The notes under the pieces are model-generated. The model was not told the DNA's origin and did not search any database. It saw only the letters and a list, made by a program, of their open reading frames with translations. The position numbers and the translations under genes are program-made. Below are positions 36,626 through 47,569 of a stretch of 64,000 bases of DNA, one piece after another; the stretch's first letter is position 1; every line of letters begins with the position of its first letter. Origin of the DNA: Saprolegnia diclina VS20 (lineage: Eukaryota); assembly GCF_000281045.1 (NCBI RefSeq), contig NW_008246091.1, forward strand, positions 419,474 through 483,473, written 5' to 3'.

Positions 36626-37377
36626 ATGACCCAGAAGAAGTGGACCGACGACGAGGTTTGCGCTTGCATCTTGGCATGGTCAGCACCTCACAGTCGACTG
36701 TAGATTGCAGCCCTCAAGGATGTCGACCCCGATAGCACGACGTGGAAGGTGATCGCAGAAGGCTTTCCCGGCCGCAGTCATGCCAGTTGCCGCCAGAAAT
36801 GGTTAACAATCACTGGCGACACGAACGAGGGCGATTGGAGTCGTGACGAAGACGACTGGCTCTGCTACGCTATGAGCATCACCAACAAGTGGCCCAAGAT
36901 CGCCACGATCGTTGGGACGCGCAAGTACGCCGCATGGAACAGCGTCACGAGGACTCATGTCGATGCTCTAGTTATAGACAATGCCTCACTCGGTGGCAGC
37001 GGATGGGCGAGAAAGGACTCGCGATCAAGTGCAGCGCCAAGCCTAGCGGTCGTCCCGCCCTCAAAAAGACGGCGAAGGCACTCTCCACGACGCCGGACGA
37101 CACGGTCTTGGACGTATACGCACAAATTGAAGCCATGGACCTCAACTGGAGCCACACTGTGCCGGCGCCGATCGGCCCCGACGATGTTGTCTGCAGCTTT
37201 GCTTCGATGGATGAAATCGCGATGCGGTTACCCGCAGAGGCCGAGATGGCGCCTGTCGACATGGCGCCGACACCCGATGAGCCATTGAGCCAAGCCGAAG
37301 TCGACTATTGGTCGGCGGTTGTGCTCAACAGTACGCAATTCCCCAGCACCAGCGCTGTAACATGCTCTTTTGCCTAA
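36626..37377 (+). CDS. R2R3-type Myb transcription factor, copy B
   Basis: MTQKKWTDDE|IAALK..TWKVIAEGFPGRSHASCRQKW..DWSRDED..KWPKIATIVGTRN|YRQCLTRW; introns at the same positions as copy A. Confidence 0.85.
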
Positions 37378-37469
37378 CAAAGCAATGTAATACATTATCC
37401 CATCTAAAGCCCAAGTACAGTTGTAGCTCATCGGATGGTGCATACAGACGCGCTCCTCTTCTTATCGTG

Positions 37470-37597
37470 CTTATGTCGACGTCGTACCTGTGGCATCGGC
37501 ATCACTTTGTTCACGACGCTACTCTCGGTGGTGCGTTTGGCCTGCGCATCGACCTCGGCGTTGAGCGCTCACTGAATCTCTTCGTCAATGTGCGCGA
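37470..37597 (-). pseudogene. Decayed inverted copy of the MAPK terminal exon
   Basis: Reverse complement matches 15556-15704 (GCGCTCAACGCCGAGG..GATGCGCAGGCC..) with deletions. Confidence 0.8.
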
Positions 37598-37654
37598 GCA
37601 CATCCCTTTTTATCAACTTGATACATCGCGGTAAGGTCGAATGGTCCTGCTGTA

Positions 37655-37771
37655 GGTCATGAGCGTCACCAACAAGTGGCCCAAGATCACCGAAATCAAA
37701 GCGCAAGCACTGGGAAGTACTGGCACGTAGCATGTGACTGCGTCATGAGGACTCATACTAGTAGATAAGAC
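37655..37771 (+). pseudogene. Third, fragmentary Myb remnant
   Basis: ATGAGCGTCACCAACAAGTGGCCCAAGATC matches Myb exon 2; CGTCATGAGGACTCAT matches intron 2. Confidence 0.7.
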
Positions 37772-38146
37772 ACCATGGAATCACTGTGCTAGCCTAGAAT
37801 CGAAGTGCTGATGTAAAATTAGGTCTCACTTTGAGAGATTAAACTTTTGAAAGAAAATTTTCAGATTCCGCGCTTTCTCATGTCTCGCTCCTGGTTGCGC
37901 ACGGTCTGTCCTTTTTGCTAGAGAGCTTTTACAATATAGGCAGCCAACTTGTTGTGGAACCTTCCTCCACACGGCTGCAACACGTCAACTGCATCTCTTG
38001 CAGCACCGAATGACGTAGGAGCGTGGAGGCGCTACATGCCACTTTGGTTACCTTGGCCAATTCGAGCTCATTCGCGAAACGTATGCGAGAGTCATGAGGT
38101 ACAATAGTCTATATTGTGTCTGGAATAACTTAGCGGACAACGACAA

Positions 38147-40309
38147 CTAGGAGATAATACAGCACGAGTTGGCCGAGTGGGGAATCGTAATCGGCCCTTG
38201 TTTGACTTCCCACTCCATGTACTCGACGATTTCGTTCTGGAAGGCAATGTAGCTGCAAAACTGCCAGTCCTTGTAGAACTCTTGGTCGGCCTCCACGAGC
38301 TTGACACCCTACATTTCTCAAGCTATTATCAACGTATCAAGTCACGTCGAACCTGCGTCACGGCTGGGTCAAAGCAGCCAATGTCGGCCTGCGACGCCGC
38401 GTTGATGTCGCGGTCCGGCACGAAAGGCGGTGGCACCGACATGGACTCCATCGCGGCCCAGTCGACGTTTTCGAAAAACTTCATCTTTTTAATCTCGTCG
38501 GCCCCGTTGGCGCCAAGGCGGAGGCGCGGGTCTCGTACCAAGAGCCCTACATACACAAGCATTTCAGCCATTGGATGGAGGCTGGAAGCCTTGTACGCTG
38601 AAGGAGGTCGGTCGCGGCGGGCGTAAAGTACTTTGGGTCGTACGTGGGGGTGAGTTCGAGTGTCGCCATGTCGTAGGCTTTTTGCTACCGTTTGAATATA
38701 GTATGCACAATGTTGTCCTAGTCTTCATACCTTGTCGGCGTGCAAGGCTTTGGCTTTCGAGGTTCGGAACGGGCACTTGCCGTAGAGCATTTCGTAAACA
38801 ACGCAGCCGTAGCTCCACCAGTCGACCGCTTGGTCGTAAAAGAGGCGGTTGCCTTGCGAATCACGGAGCAGCATCTCGGGGGCCCAGTCTACGAGCATGA
38901 TCCTCAGTGTTGTCCTCGCAGGCGGCAGGTCGTACAGCCGCGCGTGCCGCAGCGGCCACAGAGGTTGGGCGTCACTTCGACGGCCAGCCCAAGGTCCGAG
39001 ATGGAGCAGTTGCCTTTGTCGTCGAGGAGGATGTTCTCGGGTTTTAGATCACGGTACACAATGTTGTTTTCGTGCATATGTTGCAGGCCCAGTAGGATTT
39101 GCGCCGCCCAAAACATGACTTGCTCCTCGGTGAACCTACGTACACGACATACGGCACATGTATAGACTAAGGGGATGGCGCACCGGCCGCGGTTGAGGTG
39201 GAAGCTGAGGTCGCCGCCCGTGCGCAGATCCAGCACCAGGTACAAGTCTTCCTTCGTTTGGAAGGCGTACTTGAGACACACGACAAAGGGCGAGCTGAGC
39301 ATCGTTAGAATCGCCCGCTCGGCCAAGCAGAGCTTCTCCGCATGCTTCTTCTTGATGATCTTCTTGTTCATCGCTTTGAGCGCGTAGAGTTTACCTAGCC
39401 GATGCTCCATATGCATACGTCATTGGTCGTAGGTTCGATACCGGTGTTGCGCTTGATGGTGCCGTTGACCATGCCAAAGCCGCCGCGCCCGAGCACCCGC
39501 AGCAGCGAAAAGTCGTCCTCGCCAATCTCGCGCGACTGCAGATAGAGGAATTGCACCAACCGGTTGTAGAAGCTGCTGGCGCGGAAACCGGCCATGTGCA
39601 CGACGTCAAGCGCACCAAGAACACACGCTTCCAGCTGGTGGAAGAGCGTGACGTCCACAGACGATTTGGCGTCCGAGTCCATCGCATTCTCTTCTTCGCG
39701 GTCGAGCGCGGTTCGTATCGCTGCCAAGATGGGTCCGGCGACCCCGAGGATGTGCGCATCGCTCTTGTAGCTCATGTACAGCTGCGTTCCGTCGGCAAGC
39801 GAGAGCTTGAACTCTTTTTTCCAGGCAAAGTTGGCTTCCCCGGGCGCCTTGGGCGCGACCGGTGGCGGCTGAGGACGCGGCGACGCGGCGGACGAGAGCG
39901 CCGAGAACGCGTGGTCGTGGCGCGACGGCGGTGCCTCCTTTGGTAAAACGGGCTGCACGAGCACGGTCGAGGCTTCGTCACAGTACCGCTTGTAGATGGC
40001 TTTGGCCTTTTGCAGCTGCCGATTGTGCTGTGGAATGTTGCGAAAGGCGTGGACGTCCATGAGAAAGAGGAGCTTCTCGACGCCGTGCGCTTCGGCTTCG
40101 CAGTACCGGCGAAAGAGGTAAAAGCCCAGCGGTTGAGACAAAAGGGCTTCAACACCGAGCCACTCGGTGTTGAGGCGGTTTTGTTTCGAGATAAAGTCGG
40201 CGAGCTCGGTGGGCGACGGCGTGTAAAAGGCGATCGTGGGCCGCGGCCGCGGGTCGACCATCGCGCCAATGTACTGCGCGTCTTGGATCGCGTCCTGGAG
40301 CTCATCCAT
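38147..40309 (-). CDS. GRK: G-protein-coupled receptor kinase (RGS-homology plus AGC kinase) ending in CaaX
   Basis: N-terminus MDELQDAIQDAQYIGAM resembles the GRK alphaN helix; RH domain (QPLGFYLFRRYC); GRGGFG, YRDLKPENILL, DLGLA, GTRGYWAPE; last exon ends SCCIIS*. Confidence 0.9.
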
Positions 40310-41430
40310 GCCGCCTGTGCCACCACGAGCTGCGGTTGCAAATAAAGAGCACCGCGTTTCGCGCCGAAATGGAGACGCTATTTATAGATCGGTATCCGTA
40401 TCCGGTTGCGGACGTCATTTGTCAAATTGCTGGCACATACAAGTACACACCAACTAACTAACGTTGGGAGTCGCGACAGGAAAGGAAGGTATGCTGGCAC
40501 GTCGACGAGCTCCTAACGTCAACGGTGGCCCCGAGTTACTTCAGTGTATGAATGTACGTAGTACTCTAATGGAGGACTACAGACTGTACCACAAGGTGGC
40601 TGGTTGCCGATGGACGAAGCCGATGGACGACGGTGGCGAAAGGCTGGTTGGGTGCGACTTGACAACGACGATGCTATACAAATACTACACTCGACGGGCG
40701 GCGGCGGCGGGGCGATGGGCACCAACCAACTGCACGTGCGCGTGGCGTGGGATCGGCACGTACTGTCGACAGACGCACCCTTCACCTCCTTCCCAAAGCT
40801 TCCCCATTTTCACAAACTGTCACCTCTCGATGCCTACGAGGTGTGGTATTAACTGCATTGAGCTCCTCAGAAATGTGGTCCACTCGACCCTGCAGGACGA
40901 GAAATAATGCTGTACTCGTATGTGCCTACTAGCCATTCGATGCTGGCCCCAGCAAGAGATCCAGAGTCGCAAGCGGACGAGTAATGCGACTAATTTATTC
41001 TGAATTTGGTTCCCACATGCCGCAGACGCATGTGTTGACGCGCTAGCGTGCATCGCGACTCATGGAAGAGCGACCGGTATCGCCGAGGCGCAACAGTCGC
41101 GAGGTGTAATGGTCCATGCACGCTTCCAAATTCGAACAGTCTTACGCTTGACCCGCTGCCACAATGCAGTTATTTAGTCGGTGACGAGGACACCGACGAT
41201 CAACTTAGCTAGAGTCAATGGCGCACAGAGCTGCCAGTGCCAGGCCGGTGCCAGGCCCGTGACGCATTATTTACTCACTGTGAATGCCAACTTTGGGACA
41301 GTGCTGAGCAATCTTTTCGTATCGAGACAGTTTGGAGAAAGAAATCATCTATTTCAAGGCGGAGGAATGGGATTGGCGCATTGGTCGCAGATATCCAAGC
41401 AGTTGGCAATTCGAGGGTTGCAGCACGAGC

Positions 41431-42303
41431 ATGGCACCGCCTCCGCCCACCGACGTCTCGGTCCTCTGTCTTCGGCTGCACATGCGCAAGATGCAGACGC
41501 GCGTAGCTGGCCTCCTCGACGCGCTCGCCAAGGCCGCGCCGCCACTCGAGCCGCAGTCGTCGCCGGCGAAAGACACCGATCTCCGGCCCGGCGAGACCGA
41601 CAAGATGATCGCCGACCTCGTCGTCGAGGTCGAGCGCCTCAAGCATGAGCTCTCGAGCCGCGACGACGAAAACGCGCGTCTACAGAACGACAAGTCGGCC
41701 CTTCATCGACAAAACGTGCTGTTGCAAGAAGAGAACGCGGCGCTGCGTCTCCGGCTCGAGCACGACGAGGTCGACGCCGAGCTTTCGCCCACAAAAACAG
41801 ACGACATGGACGACGATCGCAGCTGTAGCAGCAGTGAGCGACCCGTCTACGACGACGTCGATGTTGACCGTCTCGCGACGGAGCTCGAAACCCACACACA
41901 GAGCTTGCGCGACGAGCTCCGGCTCATGGCCCTCGAGCGCGATCGCCTCGAGAGGGAGCGAGACGAAGCTCAGGCCGCCGCCGCACGCGCACTTGCCGAG
42001 GGCAGCCGCCTCGCTGGCCACTCCAACGGTCAACAGCGCATCAAATACGTGCAGACGCTGCGGGACGAGAATAATCGACTCACTTTGCAGCTGCGCGAAG
42101 CCGAGAGTCGCCTCGCTCGCCTCAAGCCCACGCCAACACTCACCAAGCACGTGGATGCGACCAAGCCAAGGACCACCACAAGTAGTACCGGCTCCAAGCC
42201 GCAGTTACCAGTGAAAACGGCGACGAGCGCCAAGTCGACTCTGCCAGTATCCAAAAAAGGAGCTCGAAAACCCACGCCTCGCCGTGTGCCAACGTCATTG
42301 TAG
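41431..42303 (+). CDS. Coiled-coil protein with HMMR/kinesin-12 C-terminal motif
   Basis: LAGHSNGQQRIKYVQTLRDENNRL matches the HMMR_C pattern (GHQNxKQKIxxVxKLKxEN); basic tail. Confidence 0.75.
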   Translation: MAPPPPTDVSVLCLRLHMRKMQTRVAGLLDALAKAAPPLEPQSSPAKDTDLRPGETDKMIADLVVEVERLKHELSSRDDENARLQNDKSALHRQNVLLQEENAALRLRLEHDEVDAELSPTKTDDMDDDRSCSSSERPVYDDVDVDRLATELETHTQSLRDELRLMALERDRLERERDEAQAAAARALAEGSRLAGHSNGQQRIKYVQTLRDENNRLTLQLREAESRLARLKPTPTLTKHVDATKPRTTTSSTGSKPQLPVKTATSAKSTLPVSKKGARKPTPRRVPTSL

Positions 42304-42473
42304 TCTCTGTCTGGCGGCTCCTAGCTATTTATGTACAAATTGAAGTCACTGTCCTAGACGATTGCGAGCCTTCAACGATGCGAGACTTGCCATTTGACTG
42401 CTTCAAAACTGGGCTCGCACACAACTGGAGGACGGCAGCCTTGGCGTTGCGCGGCTGAAAGACTGAAAGGTTT

Positions 42474-42517
42474 CTATAAGTTTGCCATAAGTCTACTATA
42501 AGTCTACTACAAATCCT
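42474..42517. repeat. Short 11-bp-period tandem repeat, 4 copies
   Basis: CTATAAGTTTG CCATAAGTCTA CTATAAGTCTA CTACAAATCCT. Confidence 0.6.
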
Positions 42518-42728
42518 TGAGTCCTAGGAGAGGGTGCCACTGCAAAGCGACGCGATTGGATCGGCAGCAAAATCGATGGCATTCTATGGTTCGAAATACG
42601 AATTTCTGGGCAAATCTTTTATTCGGACCTGAAAACTGTATTGAACGCGCAGCAATCTTATTTTATTTCTTTCGAAGTATATCTTGTTGCCTTCGCCCGC
42701 CACTTTGCATTTTCAAGTTGAAGTGCCA

Positions 42729-45052
42729 ATGGACCGAACGCGCTTTCTCCGCACCCTCGGTGTCCTCTACGGTATCTCGTTTGCGTCCATTTACGTCCAA
42801 GTTCAGAGCCTCTACGGCCCGTGCGTCGTTATAATCATCTGTACTATGTGGTCTTAACCTACGGTAGGGACGGCGTCGAACCGGTTGCCGCGTATTTGAC
42901 GCGCCTTGCCAACGCCACACCCGACGCAAGCATCCCGCTGCAGCGTTTTGTGAGCTACCCGAGCCTCGTATGGTTTCATGACGCGCTCGGCCTTTCGCCA
43001 GACCTGATGATGGAGTTCCTGTGCCTTCTCGGCGGTGGCGCCGCCTGTCTTGCTGCGGCGAACATACTCACGCTGCCCGAGGTCTTTGCCGCCATGTGGA
43101 GCTGCTACCTCTCGCTCGTGCTCGTGGGGCAGTCGTTTCTGCGCGGACCGTGGGACCTCCTCCTCCTCGAAGTTGGGTTCCTCGCCCTCTTCGTCGCTGC
43201 GCCGTTCGACTTGGCGACCACCTTTGCGCCGTCGGCCGCGATACTCCATGCAATGCGGCTGGTCGGCGTCAAACTCGCGCTCATGTCCAGCGCGGCCAAG
43301 ATCACGTCGGCGTGCCCCACTTGGCTCGGGCTCACGGCGCTGGACTTTCACTACGCGACGCAAGCGACGCCGCTTCCGTCGAGCTGGTTCATGCACCAGC
43401 TGCCGGTACGAACTCTCCACGAGGCAACACCCTATATATGTATATGGTGTAGCCCATCGTGCAACGCGTGACGGCCGCGGCGGGGCTCTGGATCGAAGGC
43501 CCTGTCGCGCTCCTGCTGGTGTCGCCGATCGCGCGCCATCGCGTCTTCGCTGCATCTCTGCAGCTCGTTCTGCACGCTGGCATCGCACTCACGGGCAACT
43601 ACGGCATCTTCAATCTCGTCGCTAGTCTCGTCATGGTCGGCATCATGAGTGAAGCCCACGCCGCGTCACCACCGTCGCTCTCGTGGTTACGGTGGGCGTT
43701 GACGCATGCGTCAATGTACCTCTCGGTCTTTACGGCCGGCTACTACATGTTTGAGGTTGTCTACGAAGATACAACGCCGACATCGCTTCGGTTTGCGTGG
43801 TCAATCGGCCGGACGCAGACGATCCTCGGCGTCGTGTTACGCGGTGTCCTTGCTACCGCCCTGCTCTCGTTCGTCGTTGCGGTCGTCGGCCAGTTGTCCC
43901 ACTCGGTGGTTGCTGCGGGCCACGACTTGCTTCGCTGCCGTCTTGGATGCACGATAGCGCTGGGCCACTTGACCTTTACGACACTTATCGGGTCTGTCCT
44001 TGTGCTGGCGTCGCTCGCGCAGCTGGCGTCCTTGGACCCGACGATCGAGCTGCCGGTCTGGGCGCGCAACACGGGGATCCTGGCGTCGCGCTTTAACGTG
44101 GCATCGACGTACGGGCTCTTCCACCGAACGCCGGGCGTAGCCAAAATCGAGCGCCACGGCCGGGAATTCGCCATCGTCGCGCGACCGACGCTCGTCTTTG
44201 AAGGCTCAGATGACGACGGCGCGACGTGGCGCCCGCTCCATTTCAAGCACCACCCGAGCAGCGTACTTACCCAAGCTTGTGGTCGTGAGAGTGATACACT
44301 CTTGTGTCTAGTTGTTCAAGTCGCCTGCGCTCACGGTGCCGCATCTTCCGCGGCTCGAGTGGCAACTGGACGTCGCGGCCAAAGGCAACTACAGCCAGGC
44401 CCCATGGCTGGTGCACCTTGCCGACAAGTTCCTCAAGGTAGCAACCATATCAGGAGTCCGGAACGAACGTTGGTGCAGGGATCCGAGCAGGCAAAGCAGC
44501 TGCTCGATGCGGCACAGGATCCATTCCGAGAGGCACCGCCACAGGTGAAAGGGTGCACAATGTGTCATTCGTGTACATAATGTCGTATAGCGCGTCCGCG
44601 TGCAGCTCTACCACTATGATTTTACGCGGTACAATACGTCGTGGGCGCGCGCGACACCCAAGGCCGTGGTACTGACACCGGCGATGAACGCGTCGCAGTG
44701 GTGGACGCGGGTACGACGCCATTTGTTTACGCATTTTCAATGTGTGACTATTGCGTTTGTCGATGATGGATAGAAACTGGTCAAGGAATACATGCCGGCG
44801 CTGGACGCGGCGAACCCGTCGGTCGCTTCGTTTCTCGCTGCCCACGGCTGGGAGCACCAAGACGAGAAGAAACCCGCTTGCTTCAACTCGAGTCGTCCCG
44901 TGCTCTGTCACACACTCGATCAGTTGCACCACGTGACGGCATCGCATCTCTACATGGCGCTCGTCCTCGGCCTTGTGCTCGTTGTGCTGGTTCCGCTTTT
45001 CATTCTGGAGACGCCCAAGTCGGCTGCGGCGCGCGTGCAAACGCTCGTGTAA
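42729..45052 (+). CDS. LMF2: Lipase maturation factor family protein
   Basis: FLRTLGVLY..FASIYVQ..LYG.DG, WDLLLLEVGFL, ALDFHYATQ.TP, TGNYGIFNL, YGLF, FEGSDD, PHLPRLEWQL; multi-exon. Confidence 0.88.
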
Positions 45053-45197
45053 AGTGCATTCACCGCTGCGTATGGTCAATATCAATTATTGGACACATTT
45101 GGCGGATTTTGCGTTGCAAAATAAACAATCAGACTCTTTTACATCTCTAAATTTAGTCAAATTTCCGTGCTCAACGCCTCGACCGAGGCCGTCGACA

Positions 45198-46157
45198 ATG
45201 GGACTACCCAAAGCGCTTTCGTGGCTCGACGCGCCGCGGTCATTTGCGCAACTGGACGGTGACTCGCCGATCGTCATCTCGACGCTTCGCCGCGAGTGCC
45301 TGGCTGAGGCGTTTGCCACCTTTGTCCTCGTCGGATTTGGAGCCGGCTCGGTCATTCAGTCGACAATCTCGGCCGGCGCACTCGGCAACTACACGCACGT
45401 CACGTTGACGTGGGGCATCGCTGTCATGCTTGGCATCAACGTCGCCGGTGGCCGCAGCCGAGGCCACTTGAACCCAGCGTTCACCATTGTGTATTGTCTC
45501 TATCACAGCACCGAGATGTCGTGGCGAGCAGCGATTTGCTACTGTGGTAGCCAGCTCGTGGGCGCATTTCTGGGGTTCGCAGCCGTCTACAGCATGTATT
45601 ACCGCGCTCTCCAGGCCTATGACCCGCACCAGTCGCTTGAGACGTCGGGTCACCTCTTTGCTTCGTACCCGGCCGCGACCGAAACTCTCGCGTCTGCCTT
45701 CTTCGGTGAGGTACTCAACTCTTGTCCGCACGTCCTACAGTTTCTTGGTTTGATTAGGTCGTTTGCTCGGCGTTTTTCATGGCAGGTGCGTTCGCCCTCG
45801 GCGATGCGAGCAACCCGTACCGCTCAACGCCGCTCCTTCCAGTGTTGACCGGGACACTAGTCGTGGGCGTTGGCATGGCGTTTGGTCTTACGACAGGTTG
45901 TTCACAGATCTTAGACCTCAAATGGAGTGTTAATGCGACATGTACGAGTAGGGTATGCGGTGAATCCGGCCGTGGACTTTGGTGGTCGTCTCTTCTCGAG
46001 CCTGGCGGGCTGGGGCATAGACGTCTTTTGTGCATGTGACAACTACTGGTGGGTGCCGATTCTGGCGCCACTCGTCGGTGGCTGGCTCGGCGCGGGTAGC
46101 TACCTCTTTTGCTCCGGATCGCCGTCACCAGCGGTGTTGCCCGACCCTACGTCGTAG
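45198..46157 (+). CDS. Aquaglyceroporin (MIP family) with NPA / NPAVD
   Basis: ECLAEAFATF, GHLNPAFT, FASYP, GYAVNPAVDFGGRL, WWVPILAPLVGG; two introns. Confidence 0.92.
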
Positions 46158-47569
46158 CCCGCACCGTGGACCAGAGGTTAGGTATCTATACGTTTTTTCG
46201 AGCGATAGGCTGCAGTACAAAACACAGCGCTTGCGACTGCAACTTTGCAAAGAATATGAACAAGACCGTGTTTAGTTGGTCGTCTTACGTCCCAAATATA
46301 TCATCGGTGACCGTGTTGCAGTAACCGACGGCAACAAGAATCTTGGAACGGAGACAATGTCGGTGGGTTGAAGGACATTGATCAATGGGAGTTGATCGGT
46401 ATAAGTGCATTGCGCTCTTCGTGCGATGCACTTGGAGAACAAGATGGTGTCAATGGTCTGGACTTCGCGCGACCGGTCGTGATCGTACTAGGTGCTCGGT
46501 AACACGCATGAGGTGGGGACGACTATTTGACCATTGCAAGCTTGCGTATTCGTCCATGGTCGTGGATGCATCATTGTACTTGGGATCGAGCTGTCATGAA
46601 AAGAGAGAAAGAGAAGAAAATACGATTGGCGAACATAGAAATCAAAAGACAAAGTGACGTTACAAAACCGCATCGAATCATTTAACGCGGCTGCGCTTGT
46701 ACCCGGGTCCAGTGTTGGTCTTGCGGTGCAGCAATCCATTAAGCGCGGTTTGCGCGTGTTACTTCTTCTAGGAGAGCTGCGGTGGCGGTTCGAAAAGCAG
46801 CGCTGCTGGTTCTATGTAGGTCGACAGAAGCTTGAAGCTGGTCGAGGCACGAAGCTGGTTGAAAGAGGCGCAAAACTGGTCATCGGAGGCTTGAAATTGT
46901 TTGGCAGCAGCGGCCTTCGTTGCGGTGTGGGCGTCTTGTCCTTCTTGGAGAGCGATGGCAGCAGGTCGAAGCGCTCGCAACGCAAATAGCTAGAAAAATG
47001 TAAAGATACCCGATCGTGCAAGGCTTCCATGTCGATCAAGCACTGAAATCACGCGGTTTGGATCTTTCGTTTTCACCGTATCTTCCGGATATGGTGCGCG
47101 GAAGTTGCCCTGTCACTGTAGGGAGCAGACGAGCAATGCTCAGGCTTGGAAACGATGTAGTGGTGGCTAGATCTTGTGCATTGACTAGAGCACAAACTCG
47201 AACAGGCGCGATTCTACGGAGTCCTTTGCTCCAATGATGGTCAATTTGTCAGCGTTTTGACGCTCAAAATGCTTGAATCCCTAGACTGCGTACAGTGCAT
47301 CATCTCTCCAGTTGCTCAAGTGCATGCTTACTTTTCTCAACGACCCAGCGTTTTGTCTGCGCTATCGATCTCGTACTGTAAGAATGCCATTGCATCAACC
47401 TCAGACCTTTGGCTGGGGAGGTCCACGTGAGAAGTTCCAGCGTGGCGCTCTCAGCCAGAACGTTGACGGACTTGACGAACTCACTACTTGTCGTCTCTAT
47501 ATAGTTGGTATCGAGTGCGAGCTCGGCCTTTTTATTGTGCATATCGAGAAACCGCAGAGGGGTTTCGGC

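Larger units (their letters stand above)
36445..37597. repeat. Outer right arm of inverted duplication; pairs with ~15555-16950
   Basis: Contains Myb promoter, Myb copy B and an inverted decayed MAPK last exon. Confidence 0.85.

Noticed and set aside
40491..40907. Possible small gene between GRK and the HMMR-like gene
   Set aside because: Some splice-like sites exist, but I could not build a consistent model or recognise a product.
46768..47039. Short minus-strand ORFs
   Set aside because: Under 80 aa, no motif, no convincing exon structure.
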